DNA from: a virus
Length of the DNA: 64,000 bases
Direction: 5' to 3' (one strand)
IMG/VR virus record: IMGVR_UViG_3300031965_000003
Coordinates: 5,350-69,349 of that record
Shown: positions 34,346 through 44,083 of the stretch, one piece after another
Layout: each line of letters starts with the position of its first letter
Numbering within the stretch: position 1 is the first letter of the stretch
Program-made: the position numbers and the translations under genes
Notes under the pieces: model-generated
Told to the model about the DNA's origin: nothing
Database searches by the model: none
What the model saw: only the letters and a program-made list of their open reading frames with translations

Positions 34346-34700
34346 GAGGTCTACCCACGGCCAAGATGCGTTTTTCATAGCGTGATAGCGGCTCGCACAC
34401 CACGCCGCCAAACGCTCTACCGGCATGAATAAAGTCCGTATCTGAAACCATGACTGCTATATGATTCACCAACCCGTCAATAAGCTCTGAGAACATCAAT
34501 ACGTCGTAGCGCTGAACAGTGATCGCCAACGGTTGGCGATACACCTTAAGATAATGTCCCCAAGTTGAGTTATGCGGAGGGTTGCTAGGCAGCCCCAGGT
34601 CCAGGGATTCATTCAACACCCATCGAACCACACCGTAGCAGTCAAACCCTTCTTGCAGTGTTCGACCCCCGTCCTTATAAGGTGTTCCAACTAGTTCCAT
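34335..34700 (-). CDS. NlpC/P60 tail tip protein (lambda K-like)
   Basis: VGTPYKDGGR...GFDCYG...HIAVMV...FIHA. Confidence 0.9.
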   Translation of the reverse strand: MELVGTPYKDGGRTLQEGFDCYGVVRWVLNESLDLGLPSNPPHNSTWGHYLKVYRQPLAITVQRYDVLMFSELIDGLVNHIAVMVSDTDFIHAGRAFGGVVCEPLSRYEKRILAVGRPHAH

Positions 34701-35197
34701 TAAAATATAGCAAATTGACGCTGGTTAAGCGGTATGCTAGGAAAATCTTGCCTGTTGTAGATACGCCTTGGCCCTTCAGCGTCGTAGTTAAAATTGTACC
34801 CTAGGACAAACCGTGCCACCTCATTGGTAAATACCGTTGCTAAGATTTGAAGCTTGGTCGAATCTTCTTGTCCCGACGACGTTAGAGTCGTGTTGATCAA
34901 CCGGATCGTTACGTCATTCATGCTTAAGTCATTATCCTTGGCAAAGCGCAGGGCTGCCCCTGTGTAATTGCTCACGTCGATGGTCAGTTGAGGCAGCTCG
35001 CCCCCAGTGCGCTGCTCTTCGGCTCCTACGATGAACGGAACTGGCACATACACGCGACTATTGTAGGTTAGCGTTTCTGGATGGCTGGTAAAGTAAGCCG
35101 TGGAGTTAGCATTAACCTGGAGGTCAATCAGATGAGTCCAAACCTGTCCCTCAAGAGAATTTTTAAGCGCAATAAAACTTGTGCTGAACGTCTTCAC
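34700..35197 (-). CDS. Tail tip protein (lambda L / DUF1833-like)
   Basis: Position between Dit and NlpC; YVPVPF...LPQLTIDVSN. Confidence 0.75.
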   Translation of the reverse strand: MKTFSTSFIALKNSLEGQVWTHLIDLQVNANSTAYFTSHPETLTYNSRVYVPVPFIVGAEEQRTGGELPQLTIDVSNYTGAALRFAKDNDLSMNDVTIRLINTTLTSSGQEDSTKLQILATVFTNEVARFVLGYNFNYDAEGPRRIYNRQDFPSIPLNQRQFAIF

Positions 35198-35200
35198 AAC

Positions 35201-35428
35201 CTACTCTTTCCTCTCTTGATGCCGGGTGTAACGGCAAAACTCCTCTATCCTGTCAATCCGTTCACTATTTACGGTGTGCATCAACTCGCAGATCTTTGCC
35301 TGGTTCATTATCTTTTCGGTTAGAGAGGCTAGCCCTTTCCATAACCCGAATAGTCCAACGATCCCAGCACCAAGAAGCAAAACGAGTAACGACACTACGC
35401 CGCTCAATAGTATCATGCTTGTATTCAT
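35201..35428 (-). CDS. Small membrane protein (holin-like)
   Basis: One TM helix and a charged C-terminus. Confidence 0.55.
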   Translation of the reverse strand: MNTSMILLSGVVSLLVLLLGAGIVGLFGLWKGLASLTEKIMNQAKICELMHTVNSERIDRIEEFCRYTRHQERKE

Positions 35429-35798
35429 TTTTACGGTCCAAATAATGTGTCATGCCGCAGCCCAACCGCTCGTACCAGCGCCAAATGTCTCTTACTGCCA
35501 GCTCAATAACCGTGGCTACAACCCCCAACAACAAAGGCAACCTGTAGATCAAGGCTCGATAGGGGTACTCAATAAACAAACCAATAAAGTTATTGTTTGG
35601 CTCAATGATGGCATCAAGATCAAACACGATGCTCCATGCCATAGCTATCGCCAAACCTATTATTGCATAGGTGCGAGGGCTGAGTAGACTGGTCTGATGT
35701 GATAGTATCCATAGACATGACGTTAAAATCAGCACCGCGAACAACAACGCTACAAAGGTCAAAACCACGTACATGATGCCCCCTCTTTTGCTAAACAT
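35265..35798 (-). CDS. Multi-pass membrane protein next to endolysin
   Basis: Three hydrophobic segments; 3' part overlaps 35201-35428. Confidence 0.5.
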   Translation of the reverse strand: MFSKRGGIMYVVLTFVALLFAVLILTSCLWILSHQTSLLSPRTYAIIGLAIAMAWSIVFDLDAIIEPNNNFIGLFIEYPYRALIYRLPLLLGVVATVIELAVRDIWRWYERLGCGMTHYLDRKNEYKHDTIERRSVVTRFASWCWDRWTIRVMERASLSNRKDNEPGKDLRVDAHRK

Positions 35799-36270
35799 CT
35801 TGCAAGATCATTGAGCCATTAAATTGCTGCCAATTATTCAAGTAATCGGCTGTTGTGCCTTTGCCTAAAGGCGTATTGTAGTACGCTTTCCAATAGTCGG
35901 CTTGACCGTGAAGATGATCTGGGATAGCACTTTTTACCCTCAGATAATGCACCCTGCACATAGCCGTGGCATAATATAGGTTACCAATGACCTCTTCAGA
36001 TTGAGCCCAATCTGCGATCATCAACTGTTTCAGTTTGTCTACTAGCTTCGAGTTGTAAAGCAGAAAATTGTTCCAAATATCGTCATGGGTTGCAGGCTCC
36101 ATCTGGTATATCCCTAACGCTGGACCACCGAGTTGTATCAAGTAACGGCCACACGCGCTTTCTTGCATGGCGGTGCCTAACACCAACCTTTCAGCGGGAA
36201 CGCTCCAAAGGTCAAGCGCCTTCAATGTTGGACGTATGACTTTAAACAGTAAGTGTTTTGGCTCTATCAT
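35791..36270 (-). CDS. Putative endolysin, lysozyme-like fold
   Basis: LVLGTAMQES catalytic Glu, ALGIYQMEPATH, YWKAYYNT. Confidence 0.7.
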   Translation of the reverse strand: MIEPKHLLFKVIRPTLKALDLWSVPAERLVLGTAMQESACGRYLIQLGGPALGIYQMEPATHDDIWNNFLLYNSKLVDKLKQLMIADWAQSEEVIGNLYYATAMCRVHYLRVKSAIPDHLHGQADYWKAYYNTPLGKGTTADYLNNWQQFNGSMILQDV

Positions 36271-36848
36271 GTGGTCAACCCAGATTCTATCAACCGTAGT
36301 GATATCTTGTACAACCCTGCTGCCACCTCTTCCGTAACCAGCTGCTCTGGTTCAAAGTTGACTCGGTACTTGCAGCCATACTTAGCCAACAGGTCGTCAC
36401 CGCTGACAGGCGCTGTTGTAAATGTTACAACCCCGGCATTGGGCGTGAGCGAGTAGGCCGTCGTCCAATTGCTGTTTGCCCCCGTGGACGGCCTAAAACT
36501 TTGGACAGCAATAGAACCAGCACCGACATAACGATTGGGTAAAAAATAGCTTGTGCGCACACCGTCAGCCTCTCCAAAGATTTGATAGTTTTCCATGGTG
36601 CCCCAGCGGCCACCGTCCCAAAAAAACGATCGCCCACCTTGATGCAGGGCATGTAGAGCCGATAAGCATTGGACCTCGCTTTCGCTTAATGGGCCAAGCT
36701 CCAACTCAAACGTGTAGAGCGGGCGCTGGCTACGGTTGAAAGCATAGTAAACGCCAGCATCACTGTACTCCACTCGTGACGTGATGGTATTGGCGGTTCT
36801 CTTAATGTTAGGCCCGGGGGTCATTGTCAACGTTCTAACATTGGCCAT
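36267..36848 (-). CDS. Distal tail protein (DUF2460-like)
   Basis: Follows TMP; GRSFFWD, FGEADGVRTSYFL, GVVTFTTAP..G; start trimmed. Confidence 0.75.
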   Translation of the reverse strand: MANVRTLTMTPGPNIKRTANTITSRVEYSDAGVYYAFNRSQRPLYTFELELGPLSESEVQCLSALHALHQGGRSFFWDGGRWGTMENYQIFGEADGVRTSYFLPNRYVGAGSIAVQSFRPSTGANSNWTTAYSLTPNAGVVTFTTAPVSGDDLLAKYGCKYRVNFEPEQLVTEEVAAGLYKISLRLIESGLTT

Positions 36849-36849
36849 C

Positions 36850-39800
36850 TCAACGGCTCCTTCTAATCCAATTATTGACCATCTCGCCCACGGCCCCCTT
36901 GCGCTCACCGTTGTCTACGATGATCTTTATGATGTCCTCGGGCTTCATGTCGGGCCGTCGTGGCGTGATGTCGCCGTTGATCTGTACCTGCACGTTGGGT
37001 TGATTATCTCGCCGTTGACCTGCGGGCTTCATGCGAGCCACGATCTCGTTACCCTCTTCACCTATCAAGCCAACAGTAGGCTGAGTCACTATCCCGCCGC
37101 TAGCAAATGGTCTTAGCACGCCTTTAGGCAACGTAAGCATGCCGTTACTTTCTGGCCTACGGTTTACTAGTCCCGGTAACTCTTGCAGCGCTCGCGCCGC
37201 CCTTAGCATGTTGTCAGCCGCTGAGTTGAGGCCCAGTCCCGCCGCGTCTAACGTCACTCCCGCTAAACCCAGGGTCAGCCCAGCCGAGTCCAGGTTGATA
37301 CCAGCTGAACCGACAGCCGCGCTTGCCTCATCCAAGGTCAACCCTGCCGCATTAAGCAGCACGCCTCCAGAGATAAGATCAGCCCCATCGGTAGGATCAG
37401 CTTCGCCTGCTTGAATATAGCGTGCGTCTTCTGTGGCACTGCGATCAGGCTTGGCGGGCTTCATGCGGGCCACGATCTCTGGCCCCTCTTCCCCGATCAC
37501 GCCCACCACCGGACCTTGAGCTATCGTACCTGACCCAAAGTGCGGCAAGTTAGTTGTCCAATGAGGCAGCTGCTTGCCAGCGTTAGAGACTACTCCACCC
37601 TTACCGAATGAAAACAATTTACTAATCGAGCTAAATATATTTATCGCCGTGCCGACGGTGCTTAATGCGCCCTGAACTGCGCCAATGATGCCGTTGGCAC
37701 CGCCGCCAACACCTCCGGTTATCCCAGCGATGCCCCTGACCGACTGTGTCAGCATCTGGGTAAACGAACGGAAGCCACCCTCCAACTGATTCGTAGCAGC
37801 ATCAAGATCGTTGATCGAACTGCCTGTAGTGTCGGTAGCCTGGCGAAACTCCTCATAGTCATCTTCAGCTGAATCTAACAGCGCATAGTCAAACTCTCCA
37901 CCACCGCCGCCTTCAATGCCAGTACCAGCGGCCAACGATGGCTTCACGGACGCCAACTTGCCGTCACCTGCTGGCACAACAGCCTGTAGATCTGGAATCT
38001 TCAGCGCTTGTAGGTGTTGAGCGGCCTGTAACAACGAGGTGCCTGCCATGTCTAGCTTATCAGAAGCAGGTAACAATCTATCCACGGCCGCGAGCTGCGC
38101 CACGGATGACTCGGTTATCTTTTGGGCGGCTTCAACCTGTGCTGCTTGAGCTTTGTCTTCGGCGCTTGCAGGCTTGGCCTTTTCTCCTAAACCTAGAATG
38201 GATTTAAGACTGCCGCTCAACACCCCTGTAAGGGTGGTTGGCCGTTTACCCGTCTCTTCGGCTATCTTATCTAACTGCGGTTCTAACAATTTCGCCAGCC
38301 CGGTCTGCAACAAGTCGGAGAATATTGCCTTACCCATCGATTGAAGCAGTTTTTTAAATGACCCCCGTTCACCCTCAAACACCTCTAAAAATTTGTCCAC
38401 AAAATCCTTGGCAACGCCCTCCGCCGCCTCACGCGATTGGCGGCGCATCTCTTCCATGGTCTTGTCAAAGCCGGTGCGTAGCTTCTCCAATTCGTTCTTG
38501 GCTGCACCTATCCTAGCTTCTATTAACGTCCTTTGCCCATCGGTGCCCGGTTCATGCTCTAACCGCTGTTTCTCCAGCTCCAACAGGTCGATCTGAAGCT
38601 GCTTTAACTTGCGTTGCGCTGCATCTAGCTCTGCTACCTTGGCAAGGATGATCGTGTATGGCTGCTCCTGACTCTTTAAGGCGTCGAGCTGATCCTGAAG
38701 CACGGTAACCACAGATTGTTGAGCTATAACTAATTCATCTGTAGTGAGTTTTTGGTCGGCGATGGCTTGCCGTTCTACCTCCAGACGGCTTTCGTTGGTG
38801 TAGATCTGGCCCTCTTCTGCAGCGTCCTGGTCAAACCGCGCTCCAGCCTCTTGCCTTTCCTTTTCCGCTTGAGTGAGTCTGTCTAAATTACGCCTGGCAG
38901 TGATGTACCACTCGTTCAGCTCCTTTAGCTTATCTACTTTTTCTTTGTCTAACGGGATACCGCTTTCAAGTTCGTAACGGTAAATCTGCTGTGCCAGCGT
39001 CAACCGTTGCACAGCATCCTCGCCAAGCAGCAATTTTTCCTCTTCCAGCTCCAGCTTGTCAGCCTGATCAAGAAGAGACTTAGTAAAATTCTTGACGGCC
39101 ATATCTTCGCGCAAGGACTGAGTGAGACGAAGAATTTCATCGGCGTACTTCTTGATGGCTTCTGGTTTGATGCCTTCGGCGACAGCCTTTAAATTGATGC
39201 CATACATCAAAGCCGCATCACCGCCTTCTTCCAACTCTTTACGCTGTATCTTAAGAGCGTCAACTTGGCTTTGCAGGCTCTTGGTAAACGATTCAAGCGC
39301 TTTTTGAGCCTTGGCGTCTACCAGATTTGAGTTATCAAGCTCTTTACCGGGCTCAACCGCTAAGAGTTTTTTCATCGCCGCATCTACCGACTGTATGGCT
39401 ATGCCAGCTTTTTGAGCTTGCTCTTTTAACGCCAAAAAAACTGTTAATGACGCAGCTGTGCTAGGCGGCAATTGACCCAAAGATATGATCTTTTCTTTTA
39501 ACTCATCTACAGAGAGCTTGGCCGTGTCGGTAAACGTCAATCCGAGTTGATCAAAGGCGCTCTTAGCCTTAGCAAATTGATCCTCTAATTGCTTACTAGT
39601 ATCCTCCAAAGTCTTGACATAACCGAACCTCTCTACTGAGAGCTTGAAGGTCTCTAACTCAAATCGACTCTTCTTGATCTGATCAGCTAACACAATAAAT
39701 CTTACCCCAGCGTCGCTGGTGTCGAGTTGTAGATCTTGAAGCGCCTTCTCTAAGTCTGTCTTAGACAGATCAGCAAGCGCCGCCATCTCTTCTTCACTCT

Positions 39801-40974
39801 TACCAGATGCCTCTGCTAGGTCCTTTATAGATTGAGACAGCGACCCTTCCAGGATTGTAAGAGACGCGGCCTTACTAGCCACAAGGTCTTGAGCATCTCC
39901 TAGCCCTATAATCGCTACAGCTGCTGCACCAGTTGCTATGGTTATAGCAGCTATAGGTCCTAAAGCACCCGTAAACAGGGCAGCCAACGCGCCACCACCA
40001 GCCAGAGCAGCTAGCGCAGGGGCAAACTTAGCTACAAGACCAAACAAGGTGCTGATACCGTTGATAAGAGTCGCTAAACCAGCCTGCATGTCCGGGTCTG
40101 ACAAGACTCTGGAGAGTTCGCCCATCAACGACGTATAGTTCTCCAACACCCCCGCCTTACCCAACTCAGAGTTGAGCTCAAATAGCGCGTTTTTCACGCG
40201 AGCCATCGAGCTTTGCACGTCGCTTGCCGCAGCAGCCACCTGCGGGCCAAACACGCGGTCAAACTCTTTGGCCAACTTTGGGAGCAGGTCCGTAGCCATG
40301 ACTTGCCCGCTTGAGACCATCTTGTCTAATTGACTGGTGCTCACGCCCATCGCTTTGGCGGCTAACTGAAAGGCCCCAGGAATGCGCTGGCCGAGTTGTC
40401 TTCTGAGCTCTTCCATCGAGACCGTGCCCTTGCTGATCATCTGCTCAAGGGCCAGAAATACCAACCGCGTGGTCATACCGTCAGCGTTCATGACGGTCAA
40501 AGCCTGAGCCGTGCTGGTGAATATCTTACGAACTGTTTCAAGAGAGAGCCCAGCCTGCACGGCGGCCACGCCGAACTGGCCATAGGTCTCGGCCAACTCT
40601 TGCAGCGGCAACCCTAACCGCTCGGCCTCAGCTCGCACAAAGGCGAACTCCTTGGCCCCTGCGGCGGCACCGCCGGTGGCAATCTCAAAGAACCGTGTCA
40701 TCTTATCCAGGCTGATCTGGACCTCAATGATAGACTGGACAAGCTTCTTGAAGGTGATGGCGATGAATGATGCCTGTAGGGCGCGTACCGTGGTGCTCAA
40801 GACGGAGAACTTGCCATTGAGCCCATCTAACGCTTTTCCAGTGGCAGCAGACTGCCTGGCGGTGCTACTGCTGCTTTTGTCCAGCTTGCCCAACTCAGAG
40901 TTGATCTTGCGCAACTCGTCAGACATCTGGTCAACGGCGGTGATGACGACTTGTATTTGGTTGGTCTCAGCCAT
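36850..40974 (-). CDS. Tape measure protein
   Basis: 1374-aa helical protein with TMP domain QMISKGTVSMEELRRQLGQRIPGAF; FASGGIV C-terminal motif. Confidence 0.95.
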   Translation of the reverse strand: MAETNQIQVVITAVDQMSDELRKINSELGKLDKSSSSTARQSAATGKALDGLNGKFSVLSTTVRALQASFIAITFKKLVQSIIEVQISLDKMTRFFEIATGGAAAGAKEFAFVRAEAERLGLPLQELAETYGQFGVAAVQAGLSLETVRKIFTSTAQALTVMNADGMTTRLVFLALEQMISKGTVSMEELRRQLGQRIPGAFQLAAKAMGVSTSQLDKMVSSGQVMATDLLPKLAKEFDRVFGPQVAAAASDVQSSMARVKNALFELNSELGKAGVLENYTSLMGELSRVLSDPDMQAGLATLINGISTLFGLVAKFAPALAALAGGGALAALFTGALGPIAAITIATGAAAVAIIGLGDAQDLVASKAASLTILEGSLSQSIKDLAEASGKSEEEMAALADLSKTDLEKALQDLQLDTSDAGVRFIVLADQIKKSRFELETFKLSVERFGYVKTLEDTSKQLEDQFAKAKSAFDQLGLTFTDTAKLSVDELKEKIISLGQLPPSTAASLTVFLALKEQAQKAGIAIQSVDAAMKKLLAVEPGKELDNSNLVDAKAQKALESFTKSLQSQVDALKIQRKELEEGGDAALMYGINLKAVAEGIKPEAIKKYADEILRLTQSLREDMAVKNFTKSLLDQADKLELEEEKLLLGEDAVQRLTLAQQIYRYELESGIPLDKEKVDKLKELNEWYITARRNLDRLTQAEKERQEAGARFDQDAAEEGQIYTNESRLEVERQAIADQKLTTDELVIAQQSVVTVLQDQLDALKSQEQPYTIILAKVAELDAAQRKLKQLQIDLLELEKQRLEHEPGTDGQRTLIEARIGAAKNELEKLRTGFDKTMEEMRRQSREAAEGVAKDFVDKFLEVFEGERGSFKKLLQSMGKAIFSDLLQTGLAKLLEPQLDKIAEETGKRPTTLTGVLSGSLKSILGLGEKAKPASAEDKAQAAQVEAAQKITESSVAQLAAVDRLLPASDKLDMAGTSLLQAAQHLQALKIPDLQAVVPAGDGKLASVKPSLAAGTGIEGGGGGEFDYALLDSAEDDYEEFRQATDTTGSSINDLDAATNQLEGGFRSFTQMLTQSVRGIAGITGGVGGGANGIIGAVQGALSTVGTAINIFSSISKLFSFGKGGVVSNAGKQLPHWTTNLPHFGSGTIAQGPVVGVIGEEGPEIVARMKPAKPDRSATEDARYIQAGEADPTDGADLISGGVLLNAAGLTLDEASAAVGSAGINLDSAGLTLGLAGVTLDAAGLGLNSAADNMLRAARALQELPGLVNRRPESNGMLTLPKGVLRPFASGGIVTQPTVGLIGEEGNEIVARMKPAGQRRDNQPNVQVQINGDITPRRPDMKPEDIIKIIVDNGERKGAVGEMVNNWIRRSR

Positions 40975-41212
40975 TGGCCTCTATATCCATGTCAAACGCT
41001 GCCTGTTTGGCCCTACGAGCAGCGGCAAAAGCCTCGCGACGGGTAGCTATGACGCCCTTGCGCCGCTGCTGCGCGGCCTCGTCATGAGATTTAATCTCGT
41101 CGGCTACCCCTAGCAGCATGGTATTTAAATCGAAAAAGAATCGTTCATAATCAGTTTTGAACACCTCCATCGGCAGCAGGCTCGACGGCCTCTGCCCGTA
41201 TCTCTTGCCCAT
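40967..41212 (-). CDS. Tail assembly chaperone, frameshift (GT) extension
   Basis: Position before TMP; frame opens shortly before a T6 run in the upstream chaperone gene. Confidence 0.7.
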   Translation of the reverse strand: MGKRYGQRPSSLLPMEVFKTDYERFFFDLNTMLLGVADEIKSHDEAAQQRRKGVIATRREAFAAARRAKQAAFDMDIEANG

Positions 41213-41627
41213 CTGGTCCAGGAGGCCCGGCCCCTGTCCCGCGAAAAAAGCGCTCCATATCTGCTAGACCTGCCAGCTCGTATGACCAGTGGATGATCTC
41301 GCCAACCAGGTACTCGCCATCGCCGCCCAGGTCACCGGCGCATATCTGACCTTCAGGGCACTCGCCGTCGCTACCAAACCAGACCTTAGGGGCCACTACG
41401 CCCCTGGTCAGGTAGAACTGCGTCACTTGGCGCTCAGCTTCAGGGTCTTGCTCGGCCTTCTCCTTGAGGTCATTCAACGCCTCTTGAACGGTCTTAGTAA
41501 GATGCATAGGGACCTGTCCCATGCCGGTCAAAAACTCCTTGATGCTCACGCGCCGAATCGTGAACCGTTGCCCCGAAAACGGCGCCACCACGTCCTTACG
41601 AAACTTGTTTAACTCCAATTCTGCCAT
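41151..41627 (-). CDS. Tail assembly chaperone (G-like)
   Basis: Between tail tube and TMP; ends ...MERFFRG...; start trimmed to ATG 41627. Confidence 0.75.
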   Translation of the reverse strand: MAELELNKFRKDVVAPFSGQRFTIRRVSIKEFLTGMGQVPMHLTKTVQEALNDLKEKAEQDPEAERQVTQFYLTRGVVAPKVWFGSDGECPEGQICAGDLGGDGEYLVGEIIHWSYELAGLADMERFFRGTGAGPPGPDGQEIRAEAVEPAADGGVQN

Positions 41628-41628
41628 C

Positions 41629-41973
41629 TCACTGCCCTCCATCTTTCTTGACAACACCCAAGACAGAGTCCAGTTGATCGCGCTGCTGCGATTGTAGATG
41701 CTCTGCCTCGTCTAGATAGATACCAATGCGGAGCATATTTTTAGCCACTGTAGCTGCCTCGTCAGCCCCTGCCAATCGCTCACGTAGGTCGATCATGATG
41801 TCTTCAGCCTCTTCTTTTCTATCTAGCGACACGTAAAACTCAACCATCTGCAACAACGTAAGAACATAGCTAGCCCCGTAGCGAAACCACGCTACCGACT
41901 CCGGGTCTGCTCCCAGTACCAGTTCGGCGTTGCCGCGCATCCTCGAAAAGTTGCGTGTGCCGATCACCGCCAT
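41629..41973 (-). CDS. Hypothetical protein in tail module
   Basis: 114-aa ORF. Confidence 0.6.
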   Translation of the reverse strand: MAVIGTRNFSRMRGNAELVLGADPESVAWFRYGASYVLTLLQMVEFYVSLDRKEEAEDIMIDLRERLAGADEAATVAKNMLRIGIYLDEAEHLQSQQRDQLDSVLGVVKKDGGQ

Positions 41974-41981
41974 CTGATATC

Positions 41982-42968
41982 TCAGTCAAACGCGATACGC
42001 CATTCATCATTGCCGTTGCGTTCATACGCCTGGTAGTCCGTGTTGAAGATAGCCAGGCCTTCCTTGTCGCCGCGGCCAGAGGTTTTGGCGATAGCCTGAC
42101 TCATCGTTAGCGTCACTCGATTACCGGCATCCACACCAGCCACTACCTGGATGATCGAGCCGGAGGTGGACCGCCAGTTAGCTATCCAGTTATGGCTACT
42201 TGTGTTACTGGCCTCTGGGTCCATCGAGCCGCCTGGCGCGCGCTCCGTGATCAACACTCTAAACACGCCAGAACCAGAGGCTGCCCACGAGGCCCGTTGC
42301 TCAAACAGCGTGTTGTTCGTGTTAAAGTTCAGGTTCTCGATCACCGCCCCAAGCGACTCAACGATTACCGACCCGGAGCCGACCCACCGTGGCGGAGCCA
42401 AGGTAGGTAACCCAACAGGGTTACCACGCGTGGTAGATGCCTCCGTGGTTAGCTGCCCACGGAAGGTAAACTCTGCTATAGGCGGCGTGGCGGCTACAAA
42501 CAATAAATTGACGTTGCCCATCGCACCGACGATACGGTGATCAAAGCCGTCGATGTGCGCCACCATCGTAACCGATGCTTGGCTTTGCACCCGGCCAGCC
42601 GGAATGTAGCTGTACTCACCACGAGCCGCAGCGTTGCTGGTGACGAACGTCTCCAAGGCTCCACAGGCCCTTAACAGATCGCCCAGTGGCGGCTTATCGC
42701 CAGCGGTGTAGCTGCCTCCTGCAACGCCCTGGACGAACGTCCTAAAGGTCACCCCCACCGGCCTCACCGTAGCGAATGGTCGTGAGAAGCCCAAGGTTGA
42801 TAGCCCGCCCGTTTGCTCTACGTACTCTTGGCCAATGTCGATGGTCATCGGTTCAATCAGCCTGATGGCCTGATATGAGTTCGATTCTTGCGGCGCTCGG
42901 TCCGTACCGTAGACGCTTTCTACAGCGGTAAGAAGAATTTGACGACGATTGATTGATACGTCTGGCAT
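41982..42968 (-). CDS. Major tail tube protein
   Basis: LTAVESVYGTD, LLRACG, GAMGN, AEFTFRG pattern; position. Confidence 0.8.
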   Translation of the reverse strand: MPDVSINRRQILLTAVESVYGTDRAPQESNSYQAIRLIEPMTIDIGQEYVEQTGGLSTLGFSRPFATVRPVGVTFRTFVQGVAGGSYTAGDKPPLGDLLRACGALETFVTSNAAARGEYSYIPAGRVQSQASVTMVAHIDGFDHRIVGAMGNVNLLFVAATPPIAEFTFRGQLTTEASTTRGNPVGLPTLAPPRWVGSGSVIVESLGAVIENLNFNTNNTLFEQRASWAASGSGVFRVLITERAPGGSMDPEASNTSSHNWIANWRSTSGSIIQVVAGVDAGNRVTLTMSQAIAKTSGRGDKEGLAIFNTDYQAYERNGNDEWRIAFD

Positions 42969-42982
42969 AACTCGCCTCCTTT

Positions 42983-43453
42983 TTACAATCCTGTTCCTGA
43001 GAACAATTCAAATTCAGCCGATATTGAGTGCGCCCCGACGTAGCCTTGCTCAGATTCGGGCCGTATCACTTGCCACACCAACGGCGAGCGAGTGAGTCCT
43101 ACGCCCTTGATCCGGTCAAAGTCAGTCCAGTCGCGCAAAAAGTCTAACAACAACCCCCCGACATGAAACATGGCCTCGTCCATGCGCTGACGGCTGTGCG
43201 CGTCATAGATCCAGATGGAAAACACGACTCTTGCCGTCAATCTTCGCGTCTGCAGGGTATAAGCACCGCTCCCCCTGGCCACGTCTTCCCACGGCGTCTC
43301 TAGATAGTATTCAATCGCTGGCATGTCAGCGAACGTAATCTCGTCAACGTCGTAGATGATGTTGCGAATCTCAGTGAACCTTTCATCCAACCGCAACCGC
43401 TCACCCAACGGGACGATCAGGTCACGGTAAACATCTATCGCCGGCTCAGCCAT
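42983..43453 (-). CDS. Tail terminator/completion protein
   Basis: MPAIEYY pattern, size and position. Confidence 0.65.
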   Translation of the reverse strand: MAEPAIDVYRDLIVPLGERLRLDERFTEIRNIIYDVDEITFADMPAIEYYLETPWEDVARGSGAYTLQTRRLTARVVFSIWIYDAHSRQRMDEAMFHVGGLLLDFLRDWTDFDRIKGVGLTRSPLVWQVIRPESEQGYVGAHSISAEFELFSGTGL

Positions 43454-44078
43454 TAGCTCTCCGTTCCGTCTCTTTGACGTAGTTAATAGCCGCTTTCAGC
43501 AGGTCTTTCATCAAAGTTGGCTCGTTTTCTCTCGGTAGCATCCTTCGTTTTGGCACCCCAGGGTTCTTCAACACGTAACGAACAAATGCGGTACCAGCCT
43601 CAGCCTTTTTCAAGGAGATAGTTTTCCCAGATGCTAAACGCTTGGTCTTGACTGCCGTGCCAATAGCCACAGGAAACGCCAACACTCCACCTGGCTTTCG
43701 TGGTCGGATCTGAATGTACCCTTTACCAGCAGCAATGCCTGTCCCTTTCTCGTGCCATAGTGCCGTCTTTAATGGTGACCCAACAACGGCCTCGGTACTG
43801 CTCCATCTAGGCACAAAGCTGGCTCGCAACAGCCCAGTGTCTTGCAGCACACGGCCAGCCCCACCACGTCTACCCGCCAAGGTGCCGGGTCTAAGAGGCT
43901 TCCATCCTCCTACCATACCGCCTTCGCTGGTAAAGTTACGGTTGATCCAGTTCAACGCTAAGATCGCCCACCTGGAGTGAAGGTCACGTCGGTTAGCCAT
44001 CTTGATAGCTAACTGCGTGGTCATGGTCCTCACCTTAGCCACCCCTTTCACCGCTACCTTAAACTCCAACTTTGCCAT
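43446..44078 (-). CDS. Virion morphogenesis (Mu gpG-like neck) protein
   Basis: NFTSEGG...WKPL...LQDTGLLRAS...LWHEKGT...PKRRML. Confidence 0.8.
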   Translation of the reverse strand: MAKLEFKVAVKGVAKVRTMTTQLAIKMANRRDLHSRWAILALNWINRNFTSEGGMVGGWKPLRPGTLAGRRGGAGRVLQDTGLLRASFVPRWSSTEAVVGSPLKTALWHEKGTGIAAGKGYIQIRPRKPGGVLAFPVAIGTAVKTKRLASGKTISLKKAEAGTAFVRYVLKNPGVPKRRMLPRENEPTLMKDLLKAAINYVKETERRANG

Positions 44079-44083
44079 GCTCG

